Shown: positions 1 to 15,100 of the stretch, piece by piece
Layout: every line of letters begins with the position of its first letter
How positions within the stretch are numbered: position 1 is the first letter of the stretch
Assembly (NCBI RefSeq): GCF_000181795.1
Contig: NW_003526948.1
Location: 2,476,331 to 2,540,330, forward strand
From: Trichinella spiralis
Lineage: Eukaryota
Reading direction: 5' to 3'
DNA length: 64,000 nucleotides
Notes under the pieces: model-generated
The model's input: only the letters and a program-made list of their open reading frames with translations
Databases searched by the model: none
What the model was told of the DNA's origin: nothing
Program-made: the position numbers and the translations under genes

Positions 1-2133
1 TACAACTCAACAAAAAGTCAACTTCAAAATACCTGACGAAAAAGTATGTACCTGACGATTGTAGAAAGCTGAAAATTGAACAATCGCAGTGCAATTTGTT
101 ACAAACATAGCAATAACAAAACAACGATACTAAGCCGTAAATACCACCATAAAGCAAGCATTATTTCTTGCCTTTTTACAAGGCTACGTAAACAGAACCA
201 TAGATTAGAATAAATTCAATACCAATTTAAAATATAACGCATTTATCCTTTTATGCGACAGTATGAAATCAACAAATTACTAATGAAACTATTTAAATAC
301 GCTCTTCATCATCTGTACATGTTGTTAAATTTGCAACTGAATATTATTACTGCATTTCAACTGTTCAATAAATTGACAATTTTTCAACTTTATTTTCTTT
401 TCATGTATCAATTTTCAAATTTCATTTCCAAAGTCAATTATGAAAGCAAAAATGACTTCTGTAAATGGGTTCAAAATATAAGCATCAGATATAATTTTTA
501 GAAAATTATCTTTTTTCAAATCAAATCAAATCAAATCAAATCAATTTAAATTTTTTCTTTAGTTTCTTACACAACCTCGACGAAATTATTCACATCTATG
601 GAAAAAAAAGCACAACACATGGCCAGCGTGAAAGAAATCAGCATTTTTATATTCCATTGCAGTTTCAGTAAAAATTGTTCGGAAAAAAATTATTGCAACA
701 AAAATGTTACACGTGATCTAGGCGCGCATTATCTATCATACAGTACGCGAAAGATTTTTCTCACTGCTACATGTGAGCTGCTGAGTCATCGCTGTTGCAA
801 TACAACACATCAATTTGTCACAGCTCAACATGTTTTTTCTGCTCAAAACGATTAACACAACTAATTTAATTGCTGAAATTAAATAATGCTTCTAGTAGAA
901 ACTGCCAGAAGAAAAACTGTATAATAGCACAGGTTCAAGCGCTGTTTAGAAGAAAGCAAAACTGCCAAATAACAACAAATTTCGAAAAGCACTGATTGTA
1001 CTTTCATATATTTGCAAATCTATATATCATCGTAACACTGCTTTCAGGCTACAAGTTCAGGTTCAATTGCTTACAAACAATTAAAAACATTATCAGCAAT
1101 AATAAATAAAACAAAAACAATTAATACTTTGAACATACTGTATGATCCGGACTGACACTCAATATTGGATTTATTATGTTCTTCTGTCATTTAAATTGCT
1201 GCTTCCTCTTTTTCATTAAAAATATCTTTTCGAAGTTCCATTATGAAAAGAATAATAAATTTACATAAATGTCTTCGAAATAGAACTAAACAAACAAACA
1301 CCAAATTAAAATAGCCATATATATATATCTCTCTCTCTGTCTACCTAGCATCACTTCAGCTACTATTTATGCAAATTGAAAACACTTGTATTTTGACCTC
1401 ATTTGAAAAATAAATTATATTTTAACAATGCAAGCACAGTTGAAATGAATAATTAAAAAGACAATTAAATATACACAGTTAAATGAAAAATATACAGTAA
1501 TTAAACCTGCCTATTTATTAATAATCAAGTAAGTAATCATAGAAAAAATATATTGTTAAAAATTGAAAAAAAACAATATATTATTTACAATATTGAAACG
1601 CTTTTCATAACTGTAGAAAGTTGGTGCCATTTTTGGGCGAACTTTAAAAAACATATCAAGTTCAATTGCAAATTGCAACGCAAGTTAATAATGGGTGGCA
1701 AATGATAATTGGAAAAAAATGATATTTGACTTGAAAAGTCCAGTTAATTATGCAAAAGCGTATATTGTTCTTATGCAATTGAAAAACGTCAACAAAGAAT
1801 CATGCTATGACGAAATGAAATCAGTTCGATTACCACGGGAAAAGGAGGAGCTTGATTAGGAAATGCAGGATGATATAACCGATGACTACTGACTGATTCG
1901 CATCATTGGGCTATTGGTTTTTCTTTTTGGATTTGTTTGTTTGTTGCAACAAAAAAGAAAATATTCCATTTCAACAATTCTGCAGAATACGTGTGAAATA
2001 TGCTTAACTGGATCTGTATGTAAAGTAGAAGAAAATGTCGAAATGAGAAATCGAAGCAACATAAAAACTGAGAAGCCGTTGATCCAGCAAAGCATCAATG
2101 TTGAGGGCGTTCGGTTGTCGAAGAAGCAAAATA

Positions 2134-2156
2134 ACACACACACACACACACACACA
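2134..2156. repeat. (AC)n microsatellite
   Basis: Directly visible. Confidence 0.9.
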
Positions 2157-5100
2157 GAGCAAGTAGAAAGAGAGAACATTGTAGCTGACGAAAGCTGAGC
2201 GGCTCTAATTGCCTGGCGCTAAATCGTCGGGCAATAATTATGTAATTGGATAAAACGGAAAGCGAGAGTCTCCGGCCTGGCTGTGTTGTGGTGCGCTGTC
2301 ATTAGTGAATGTATAATTCGGTCGATGACGCTTAGCGAACTGCTGGGTCATTAGAAAGTTTTGATTAATAATTAAAATTATCAAATTACGGAATATAATT
2401 TCACCACTGGCCGTCAACGACGACCGCTTAGCGCCAGCATCCCGGCGCACCATGTGGCGCGTGGCCATGGCCGCCTGGTGGAAGTTGAATAAGAATTGAA
2501 TCGGTGAAATTTTTGAATGCGTTCCTAATTACAAACTGAAGAAGAAGAAGAAGAACCAACCGCGGCAGCAACAACGGACGACGCATCAACACGAAGCGAA
2601 ATCAGCAATAAACTATTCACAAAATACAAATGCCAATATCGTCCGGAAAAGACAGAAATTAACAAAAAGCTGAAAAATCACCTTGGATTTCAAACAGATC
2701 TATCACTACCCACCCCCCCCTCCGGTTCAGTATAACACTAGCTTTGTATTCATTTACCATTCCATAGGACTGTTTATTTAATTTTTAATTATCATCAAAA
2801 TTCAAAGAAAGATATCGAGGTTGAAGAGATAATTTCATCTGGCCCACTTTTTGCATTGCAGAATATGGCCGTGAAAAGTAAGTACCATCTTGGTAAAAAA
2901 ATGACATCATCTGACCGGAGACCGCTTACCAAATTGAATACAACATGTAATTTTTGGATCTTTGAAAGAAGTTGAACAGGACAGTTATTGAAAGATAAAA
3001 GAAGATTAAACAAGATTTTAATGCGACATGTTTGTTAATGAAGATAAAAAGGATAAGCCGAAGATGACCGCTTGACCGCCTAAAGCTTGGAAAGAAAACG
3101 ATGTGATGATTGATAGAAGGGGAATAGAATTTCAGACAAACAATAAACAGCAACACTGGCCTCAGCGCACTATGGGAAGATGATGTCCTGGTCTGACCTC
3201 GTCCAGCATGCGCATCTTAATTACCAGAACGCTATGCACAATGCATTGTAACGTGACCGAAAGACAAGTGCTGCATTCTAGCAAGCATTGTGCTGAACCT
3301 GCATGCAAACGCCTGCGCCCCAGAAAAATACCCTCATTACGGTCAATAATGTTAATCACAACAATAATTTGAAAGAAAAGAGTTTGACAAGTTGAAAACA
3401 CGACAGATTTTTCAAACCTTAATTTTGCTTCAGCTCTTCTAAGGTCGTTTGTGGAAAAGTGACATTTCAACTTCCAGCAGCGACATCTTCATCAGTATCA
3501 GCTTTACGTTGCTTCAACTAAAATTAATTTTCCATTTTGTATACTGTTTAAACGACAACAAAGTACAATTTCAAAGCAGTCTAATGTATATATTTTTTTG
3601 ATAACCTTTGCAATTTTTTATATGCTGCACATACATACATACATACATACATGTAAATAGTATAAAAATCAATAACTATCTGTATCAGCATGTATTTATA
3701 TATCCATTTATTGAAAATTATAATTGCATTTATCAAAGTGAAATGCAAAAATTGAAAAATTCTCAATAATCAAAAAATTTTCAATATGTAGAAAATATCA
3801 TCAGTTAGTGGTTTTGCTTTGTTTTTGTTCTTTCTATCTTGCTTGGTTGCAAAATAAATAAAGAGAATAAATAAATTTCGTCCATCTCAATTCAGCTCAA
3901 ATAATCAAAATTCGGAACGAACGGAAAAAAAGTCATATTAATAAATTATTAGTCATTTTCAAAATCATCCAAAAATATCATTTGTTCTTCAGTTCAGCTT
4001 AGCAAAATTATCGAAATACAACAAATCCTACCCAAATAAGAGGATGATGCAAGCTTTGGCACAGAAAGAAGTGCTATTTTGTTTTCAAAAAAAATTTTTT
4101 TGGATATAGATGAAAATTTCAAAATTGAAACAAAAATTATGGAAAAATTTGTTTTTATTTAATTGGTATATTTATAATGTTTGTTTGCAAACGTCCATGC
4201 ATTAACCATTTGAAGATGAGTTTTATTGAACCGCAGCATGAATGTGCAATTTTTACGGCTAATTGCAGGGCAAACAATTTTGAACAATTGCTGAGAAACA
4301 ATTTTTTGAACTAATCTTGATATTCATCATTTTCGTCGTGCGTGACCAAAAGTGGCAAAAAGTGAACAGCATCAAGTAGCGAGCAAAAAAGTGGAAAAGA
4401 CGAAAATCAGATGGAAATTTTCAAATTTGCAATCAATCAAAAATATCGCAAAATATTGTTTCCTCGAAATGCTAATAATAATAATAATAATAATGATTAA
4501 TCTCGCCTTCGGACAGTTGCAGCGGCACTTGATCATGATGCTGTGCATGCATGCAATAAGGTATGGATTTTTTTTACTGTGCAACTCTCACTCACTGTGC
4601 AGTCGTTATGTGAATAAAAAATGCGTTACGCATAAAATAGTACCATTTTAAATTTAAAATAGAAAATTAAAGTATGTCAATAAATAAAAACGCCTGCAAT
4701 AAAAGAATACAACTTGCAGTCATCTGAAGCGATAAAACAAGATTAGACTTCAATAATGAACGCTTCGAATAGAAGCGACGAAAGAGGTTAAATAAATTTT
4801 CAACTTTAAAATGTAGTTTTTTTAATGTTGGTTTTTATTAAAATAAATTGAAAGCATAAATTTGGATGAAAACAGTCACCGTGCACACGTTTGCATAACC
4901 GCTTGACCTGTGCTTGAAATATAGCACGGTAGAGGCACAACAATTTAAATTCAATTAAATTAACATATTATTAATAAGGAATTTTTATACGATACGTTTC
5001 AAGTGAATTTCTTTCAAACACAACGCTATTACTGGCAAACAATTATTGCAAAAAAAAAGAATAATAATAATAATTCATAAAATGATTGAACTGGAAAAGT

Positions 5101-8100
5101 GACCATTTAAAAAGTCTCAGTTTGTTTGAAAAAAAAGTCGAACTGTTCACAATTAGTCATTGGCTTTGATTTCTGCACGAAAAATATTCGATTGAAATAT
5201 GAACCACACTAATGCACAAAAGATACACATAAATGATACAATTATAAAAGCTATAAAAATGCTCATCAACATTGTTTCTTATTGATCGATCTATATCTAT
5301 CGTTGAAATTTTTTATGCTTTTTCACATCACATGACAATATAACGTTGAAACTGTGTAAAAGTTTTTCCATGATTATTATCTTGATGAAATGTACAACAA
5401 CACATCAGAAGTAATAAATCAAATTGATTATAATTCAATTTTTACAAAATTTATGAAATTTATTGAAAAAAGAAATGAAGAAAATTCAGTTACGGAAACT
5501 GCTAACAAACAACTACGGCAAAACGTATAACTAACTTCATAATTATGCTTGCAGTACGTATGATTAACAAAACTGCGTATAAAATTCAATTATTGACATA
5601 TAAAATCAAAAAATTAAAGATTTCAGCTTTTCATTTGGCAAAGTTATGAAATTCATTTATATATTGTTGTTGAATAACTACATTATTGCGTCCAGCAGTC
5701 GGTCATAGTTGGGACACTTCATTCTGAAGCAATTGGAAAGAATTCAGAGGGAACTTTGGAATTTTCACTGAATACAGAAAACGCCGTGCATGGAAAAATG
5801 CCGGTAAAATTAAAGCTGAACAAAATAGTTGCAATTGATTATTTTTTTTCAATGATGTCCAGAAATTTTTAATTGACCTCAAACGGAAAAGCTGAAACGT
5901 GTGCAATTGTGTTGTTCATTGCTGATCTATTAACACGCCTCGGATAAAACTAACTGCATGAAATGGATTTCTTACCTGACAATATTAATTTCACTTTTCG
6001 TCGCTTCATTTCACTTCTGGATGAGCTACAGTTTTTGAAAATATTTTACAACACATGCTATATTTCCTTCCTTTATTTAACTTTTTCTACACTAGTATTT
6101 TCTAAGCAATTTGTTTGCTATAAGTTTCACTCGTTTTTTCGTTAAATAAATAAATAGTTTTAGCAATTTAAAGAAAAAAATTGAAAAACATGGCCCAAGT
6201 TGACCACCACCAATCCAAGCTTGAATATCAGCGGAACAAGTGAAAAAATTCTTTGCAAAAATGAAACTTTAAAATATGCAAAGTTTGCAATTTAAGGTTT
6301 GCAAAAAAATTTTATCATTATTTTAATGTTTTTTTAAATATTATACATATATGCATATTTATTTATTTATTTATTTATATTTATAAAATGAATTCAATGA
6401 AAATTAAACTAACACATGTTGAGTAACAAATGACACACATTACCATTGTGCTATCTATCATCACCCTCATCCTTTGGTCAGATAAGCAGACATTTTTCGT
6501 AGAAATCGAGCAAGAATGCGTGTCTGTGTCTCTGTGGTAACGACTGACTACAGATGAAACGGATCAACCTCTCTTCGCATTTGTGCTAATCGTCAGTCTG
6601 CAAGGCCTGTTTAATTAATTTCATCTACAGTAAGCATTTCATTTGATTAAGTTTTCAAAATTGAAAAACCCAGTTTAATTAAGGTTGAAAGAATAAGTTG
6701 ACATCATTCTCAACTCGATTCAGACACCAATAACGCACTTCCGTCACTAGTCATTAATGCACTGCTATGCATTTGCTGTTGTCTGGTGGTAGGTAAAATA
6801 AATTTTTTCAAAGTATTAAAAATTTGCAATTTTGCTTTTTGGACTTTTTACAACACATTTACACTACTCAATGACAGCATGTCCGATTGTGAACACATTT
6901 TTTCTTTCCGTACAATGGAGAAACCGTCCAGTGGTCACGTTGTACGCGTATGTATGTATGTATGTATGTATGTATCTTTTGCAATGCACAGTGTTTGCAT
7001 ACAGATTAATGTGTGATGTTTGCAATTGCACCAGCAGTGTCCAATTGATTTCATCGACATGAATTGTGAACGATCAATTAACCTTACAAATGAATTCAAC
7101 AACAGTTTATCTAATATGCGCCACAAATCCGGGCACACCTGAGATAATGGCGCGGCAAATTTCCGGATCCCCCGCTGATAAACAGCACACAAGCATCAAT
7201 CAAGCTGGGCCAATTGATTAGGCATCCAACTTGACAACATGCGGTAGGTGGTAAAGGCTGCTCAAAGAACGAGCCGTTGCATTTTGCCTAGGAAATTGCC
7301 TGCAATCACCGGTTCGTTAAATCGAATCACCACTGTGCACGGATAGAGGTGACTCAGAAAAGGTCCGATTTCGTCGCCACCCCAGTAGCCGAAAAATTTG
7401 TCCGTCCTGTCTGTTTTGTGCCGCCTTTCATTCTCTTAACCGCTACTGTTGAAGCATGGATCAAAAAAAATTTCTTTTCCAAAAGCAAACCATACTCTTG
7501 ATGATACACGGATATCAAGTACCAAAAGTAAAAAAAAGATGCTGCAAATTTTGCTCCATCAAAAATAATGCTCAACGAATAAAAAAAAGTGTGCAGAAAA
7601 AACAGCAAATTAAAAAATACAAAGTATTATAGATATTAATCCTAGATAAGAACGCAATGCAACTCTTTTATTCCCTAGTTCAATATTTCCGGTACAACCT
7701 GGGTAGATTTAATTTAATTGAGTAAAAAATTAATTAAGCAAAAGATGATATGGAAATGCTATTTTTACAAAAATATGAAATCGAGTTTCAAACATATTTG
7801 GATATATATTTTTTTTCTTTGTTTTCTCGTTGAAAGCATCAAGCTGTATTATATGTAAATGGCTTGCAACTGAGCTTTCGAGCAATTGTACTTGAAAATT
7901 GGTGCATTTGATAAAATAAAACAGCCAATGACAAGCGTCGCCTCAAAGTGCGCGGAAGTGAAGAACACTAATTTGCAGGAGCAATACGATAAAGAATGGA
8001 CGTGTTAATTGTTTTCAGGCGTCAATTTATTCTCATCAATTGAACAAGTGTGAAAACAATTCAAATCGAACAACTTAATAAACACCCTCGTTGCAATTAT

Positions 8101-9122
8101 AAAATAATATTTTATGTAAATTTTATGCTAACTGCAAAAATAATTGAAATGCTAAATAAAACGACTCTCACAACGTCAGTTTGCAATTGCACATGTGTGG
8201 GTTCAATTTAAAAATTTCCAAAGAGGAAAGGAAAATAATTTTATTCATAGCTATTTTTTAGTGAAGAAAGAAAAAACAAAGAAAATAAATTCCACAATTA
8301 AAAAGTGACATTTGAAAACCATAAATCGGTGAAAAATAAGCTAATTCGTCATTTTCATTTGATAGGAAACCAGCTTAACATGGAGTCATTAAGTGGAATA
8401 GAGTATTTCATCTGCTGACCAATGGGCAATAAATGCGGAAATGCCATCAGTGCCACCACCACTACTACCACCACCACCATCATCATCATCATTGCCACAA
8501 TTCAGATTTAAATAAATGAAAAAAAAAGAGAAAGAGAGAGAAAGATGAAAATCAAACGGCCACGAAACTGTTTCCATTGAATTGCAAGCAATACGGCATG
8601 CACGTAGCCGTCATTATCACTGACGGTCAATTGACTCTTGATGACGAAGATGATAGTGTCGAAGAGATTGGTTAAATTAGCCTTTCGATCGATTGTGCCG
8701 CATACTCTAATTTATTAATCGATCAATGACAAGAGAAAAAGATGTATGTACTTTATTGGACTGGAAAAGAAAATCTACCCTCATCCATTACAACAAGCAA
8801 TACAATCATCAACTGAAGACCAAAAAAAACAGAAATAAATAAATAAAGAAAATACAAGCAGAAAAAGAACCCAATTTTCAATATTCATCTTTATTATCTC
8901 AAGCTCAAACTCGACCAGTTGGAAAATTAGCTTTTTTATTATCAATTTTACAATTACTTTTTTTTTGTTTGACAAGATGCAAATAGTCCACTTGCTTGCT
9001 TACTGTGATTTATGATGTGCTTTTGTTCGATAAATTTAAATCACAACTTTGGAATGCTTACACTTTTAAAATTGAACATTTCTTCCTCTATGAACGTGCG
9101 TATGCATGATGAAAATAGCCTC

Positions 9123-9123
<1 letters not shown>

Positions 9124-9157
<34 letters not shown>
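9124..9157. repeat. (TAT)n microsatellite
   Basis: Directly visible; produces the spurious poly-Tyr ORF 9106..9309. Confidence 0.9.
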
Positions 9158-9158
<1 letters not shown>

Positions 9159-12100
9159 CAAAGTTTTCTCCTGGATACAGATTTGCATTAAATTATTGTA
9201 TGTCGTCAAGCATTTTTACACTTTGAAAAGGGGAATAATAGAATTTAATTATTTAAGAAGGGTTCAAATTAAAAATTCAAATTGCATGCTTTGCTCAAAA
9301 GCGAGCTAACCGTTAATTCTGACGAGAGTCTGCGTTAAATGATTATTCACCCACCGCTCATCACTGACCGCTCTTTTATCAATTCAATCATAATTTCCCA
9401 TTTTGCATATCTATGGGCAATTTGAAGAATTCTTTGCATATGTAAATTTTCCTCCACTACCAACAACGAACTAACAACTTTCTGCCATGCACATGCTGTG
9501 CATACATGCATGTGTATAAAAAATAAAAATCAAATCATTTCACAAATCTGATCCAATCTAATCAAAGTAACAACTTGCAATATTTCTTCATCCAGCTGAT
9601 TTGCTGAAAGGAAAAGTCTGAGAAAATTGAAGAAGCTGATTAATAGGTCCAAAGATTCCTGTATCATTTCATCTATAACATATGAAAATAACACAGGGAG
9701 GAGGGGGGAGGAGAGAGGGAGAGAAACAGATAGACTGGAGAACAGAAAAGAAAAAGGGGAGAAAAAAAAATCAATTCTCTTAATTGCTGAAAGCAGCATT
9801 GTATTACATGGCCAAATTTTCTAATCGAGTAATTTGAGGATAGAAACCCACCACTGTTGGTTGCAGTTGGCCAGTGATCGGTACATTTTCACAGTTATAA
9901 ATGGCAAAAGAACAACAAACAACATGCAAATCATTGCCGAAGTTCAATCTCTTAATTTTCCATTTAGAACGTCAAAGAGCACGAAACAACTGAAGGCTCA
10001 TCAATTCAACTAACTCTATCTTCGTGGCAATGATACACGAGTGGCCAATATTTGCACAAAACGCTTTTGAAACAAGCAAAATTCCACTGCAAAAACTTAA
10101 TTTACTTGTACTGCTAATATGCGCAAAATGCTAATTACTGTACATTCTATTTTTCTTTTGTTATATCTACATAATTTTCTATTGGACAGATTTTCTGTTG
10201 CAATTAAGTTTTTGCAAGTAAAAAAGTTGAAAATGGTATTATACATTTGTCACTGGAAATAATGCTATAATGTTACGTTAAAGGGAATAACAATTTAAAA
10301 TGGATTCATCCATTTTTACAAGAACTATATATAATAGCATTCAGAAAGTTTGTTAAAATAAAATAAAATAATATAAAAATGCTACAATATATCATAATTT
10401 ATTGTATTCATTTGTTGCATTCTATTTAATAAAATTTCTACAGATTAATGTTACTTTATTAAAGGATGATGATTTCAAGCATTTACACTGCGCAATCAGT
10501 GGATTAAATTCCAATATACTGTGCATTGCTAATTGCAACAAGACTCTAATAATTCTAAAAATCTATCAGGGTTATTTGTTTTAATTTTAAATAAAAATTT
10601 CTGCCTTATCTTATTAATAAATGCTATTATCAGAATTAATTCAATGCACCGGCTGATAGAAGACACACAGCAGTGTTTGCATTAAGAAACATAGAAAAAA
10701 AAAGAAAAGCAAAAATCCACGAAAGGCCATTAAGCTGTATAACAGGGATAAAAATCGACGCTGCTTTATGAAACATATTATAATTAGATTTGCAGCATTT
10801 GTGTGGTGCTGAATAAAACAACTGCTAAATCACAGTTTTCCCGCTGATGAGCACAATAACAGTATCATCAGAAATGTTGGCACAATTTACAACGTAAATT
10901 ACCCAGAGTTCACTTTAAACTATCCACGCATAAAGCAATAAAGCAAAACAAAAAAAACAGTTACCCTTTTTCTGGTCTTTCTATAATTTATCTATTCAAA
11001 TTTATTATTGAAATATGATGATTGGAGGAGATCAAGTAGAATTGACGCGCCAAAATGGAGTGTTTACAATGATAGCCGAATGCTAAACTGATCACATGAC
11101 AAAATGCCAAACAAGATCCATTTGTTAACGTTGGAAAAAAGCTCGATTTTTTAAAATGTTTGAATAAAAAATATTTTCATCTGTTTTAAGAATATTATTT
11201 GTTTATAATGAAGAACAAATGCACCATATAGAAAAAGTGAAAAATCCGCATATATAGGCGTGAAACTTCGATGTCCGTCTTAATAGGAACAACACTTGAC
11301 ACTTGTGGACCATTTACTGGTTGCTGTTAGTGGAAGAAATAAAAGTGAAAAATTAACCGTATTACGATGTGGTGTAGTGTAATTTAATTTGCTGGTTTGA
11401 TTTGAATTAGCTCTGCTAGATGGTGGGACAGCTAGCTATGAAAAAGAAAGTAGACAAAAGGGATGAAAGTTTAGAAATTATTCTATTGAGAGAAATTATT
11501 GTAAAAATGAGCAGTGCAGATAGAAACGGAACCAAAACAATTCTAGCGTTGATTGAGGATCGTTTATTTCTGCCCTTTTCAAAATCAATTCTCCGGTTGA
11601 TGGGATATTGCAAGCTGGCTGGCTATCCGTGCAAGCAGCGTCTCTTTCCCGGGAGAGACCGGAACCATTGGTTTGTCGAATTCGACTGCACAACCATTTG
11701 TGAACGTCGATCAGCGCCAATATATATGCCCATTTGCTGCGCGACACCGTGCGACAGCTCGATTGATTGATTCGTCATCGGCGGGATATGGATGCCTGAT
11801 TATTAGTGTCCTTGCTGCAATAAGCTAATTACAAAATGAAATGAGCGCATATTGTTTTGGCCGATCAATTAACGCCTGCTTCTTAATGTCTGTCGCAAAA
11901 GCGCCGTGCGGTTGACATTTGATAGGTGATCCGCCGTTTCCGCTGTTATAAACCGAATCCAACCAAATCAAATTCTATTACAATTCTAACCATTTTCATC
12001 GAATTTGTCGAACAAAATTAGCCAACTTTATTATTATTATTCTTATTGCCACAGACAAAAAATAATACTAATAATTATAATAATACACACTACAGTTTTG

Positions 12101-15100
12101 GTCGCTTTTGTTTTCATATTTTTAATTTCATCCCCAATAAACAACACTCGACAAAAGCAAAAGCAAATTTTCAATAATAATAATAATAACCTTTTCTGAT
12201 TTTCGTTTGCATTGCTTTATCAATTTATTTCAAATTGTTTTCTACTTTCTCTACACGTTCAACACTTTACAATGAAAAATTTCCGTTCATTCTCAAATTC
12301 AAACCGTCAAATGCGGAAATCAACGTTAATCATGATCGATTTTTATTATTGCAATTTATTACCATCCGCGAGGTGATTCATCGGATGCAAACAAAATCTG
12401 CAATCTGCGTAGAGCAGTTTAAATTTAGAAAAAAAACAAGAAAATCACTTTTCTGAAAAAAAACAAAAGCCCTAATTTCCTCACAAATTATAAACCAAAT
12501 GCACGCAAGTTGACAATTGGAAAAATATCCTATTCATACGTTCTTATCTCTGTCCATTAATGCATCTGTGCATTGGAAAAAACTTATCGTTGCATATTGC
12601 ATAAATGATAAGAAAATATTTTCAATTTGCAAATTAAAAATATCCAATGTACAAATAAATTCATGCATAAAATTCGTCCAAGAAGAATACAGATATTTAT
12701 AATAAATTACATGAAAAAATCAACTTCATTTTTCAGCATTTCAACATTCAAATCCAACATTTTAATGCCACCAGCAAAGAAATAAATATTTAAAAAAATA
12801 TCTTTAACAAGAATGCGCAAAACGATTGTACAAACGAAATAATTGAACTGCAACATTTTAAAATGTAAATTCATTTTGACAAAATAATTCCCACAGTTAA
12901 TGAATTAATTATTCGATCAGAAATGGATGAAATGAATTTTGCAAACCACTTTTACAAAGTAATAATTCATTCACATATAAAATATCATTAATACAAATTA
13001 TTATTATTATTAACACGGTATAAAGTATTGTTTTATTTATTTAAATTTTCACTTACTAACTTCATCTTATTTCACTTGGTATATTTCAGAATAAAACAGC
13101 TGGCATGAACTAATAATTATTGCTTCTGATAAAACGCTTGCCGATGCGCTATTATTGATCTAATTGCAATTTATTTAACGTTTTCCTTAAAACATAATCA
13201 AATGTGGTCAGCAATATGACTGAAAAGTATAAAAAATTTTTATGTCGCTTTGCTATGTGTCAGTCAAATCAGTAGTAGTGGTTAAGCATATTCAATTTAG
13301 ATACTGTACATATATGTATAAAGTACCTGTGAACTGAAAAACAGTGGAATATTATTACTAATGAATCGTTTCTACTATCGTACAATGCCTTTATATACCA
13401 CAAAAAGTTCACAAACTGTTTTATTTATTTATATTATAAGTTGCATATTTATATCACAATAATTACAACCCACAAACCGTTTGAAAAATATTTAAAAATT
13501 ATCTTCATATTAATACAGAGCTATTTATTTTTGGCATAAATATATGGTCTCAGTTTGCGTTAATAATTGAGAATGAGAAAAGAACAAATTTTCCATGCAC
13601 AATGTGGAATAATCAAACGTTGGACACTTTGCAATAGCCTGCCTGCAACGCTAATTATTTATTATCTTTCAATGAAAAATATCTCTCCAAATTTTCATTT
13701 TCACATTTTGCCAAAAACATCCGTTGAAACAGAATGCATTATTATAATTATTAAAAATATTTAATGAACTTTTACAAATTGTTAATGTTGTTGCAAATGG
13801 CTATTTTGAAGGGGCAAAAGAAAAAGAAATAAAATATTTCGCTAATGACGTCAGTTGCTCAAATCTATATAATATGTAAAAAAAAAAGTAAATATAGAAA
13901 ATAAGAAAAAGACTTGCTTTTCTATAATGTTTGGGAATGTTCGATTTGGAAAGCAAAAAAGAATGCAACAATCCGACAGAGTAAAAACGTGCAAATTGGC
14001 ATGAACCGAATCGGCCAACATAAAACAGATGCAGAGATTGTGGTGGTTGATTTTTTGATTTGATTATGCAGATTTACGAAACAGTCAGTTCAACATATGG
14101 ACAGCTTCAACTGACGAATAGTGCTGATTGGCCCTCGTTGATTTGAGAGAGGCAGAGAGAGAGAGAGAGACATTGTGGCACGCGGACCTCTTTCTTTTCT
14201 CAACTGAAACTTTTCTTTTGGTCAAGCCAATCACAAGTAATTAAGCATATTGATTAATGAAAAGGGTGGAATTGACAATGTTTAAACACCGTCGGCAATT
14301 ATAATCATCAACATCACGCGCCAGCTTGGATAAATTCGTTTCGGAAACGAATGCAAACAAGATGCCTTGAAATTGGACGCGAAAAGCGCAACGTTAACAA
14401 CTCCCGTAATTAACTATCGTTAGCATATTTACGGTTCATGTGATTTTTCAGTCCACTGGGATAAACTGCCCCGGCCACTGCGTGCACATCCGCAAAGCAT
14501 TCGAGCAAGTTACTGAAATATCCCATCCTGTGCTGTGTCTGTGTGCGTATACGCTTATGTGTGTATGGGTTCAGTGGAACAGTTTTGCGACCGCTTTCCT
14601 CCAGACTAGCGAGCATCACGTAACAACATTAATGAAATAATACATGAAAAATATCACAATTTCAAAAACTTAAAGCATAATTTAAAAAAACTACGTTATT
14701 TTGTTGACAATTTCATTTTTTATTGCAAAATTAAGAAGTTATTTTATTTGGCTTTTGAAAAATTTGAACACATCGACATTTTTGAAATCAGTTAAAATGA
14801 ACGAAAAATTTGACAACAATGCTTAAAAGCAGTGCAGATTGTTCGAATAAAATGCACGATGCAATTTTCTGGAAATCAAAATTAAAAATGTATTGAAAAG
14901 TATTAAACAATATCATTTTGACAAATAGAAATTCAATAAAACCCTATTTTCTTATGCAAAAATGGTTGTACTTATTTTTATAAATCATGTTCAACTGCTT
15001 ATTTTAACTTGCATCAGTGAAAATTGGATTGTTTCCACAATTGTGCAGCATTTTTATTGTATTGATTAAATAATTATCAACTATACGCAATGCTAAACTT

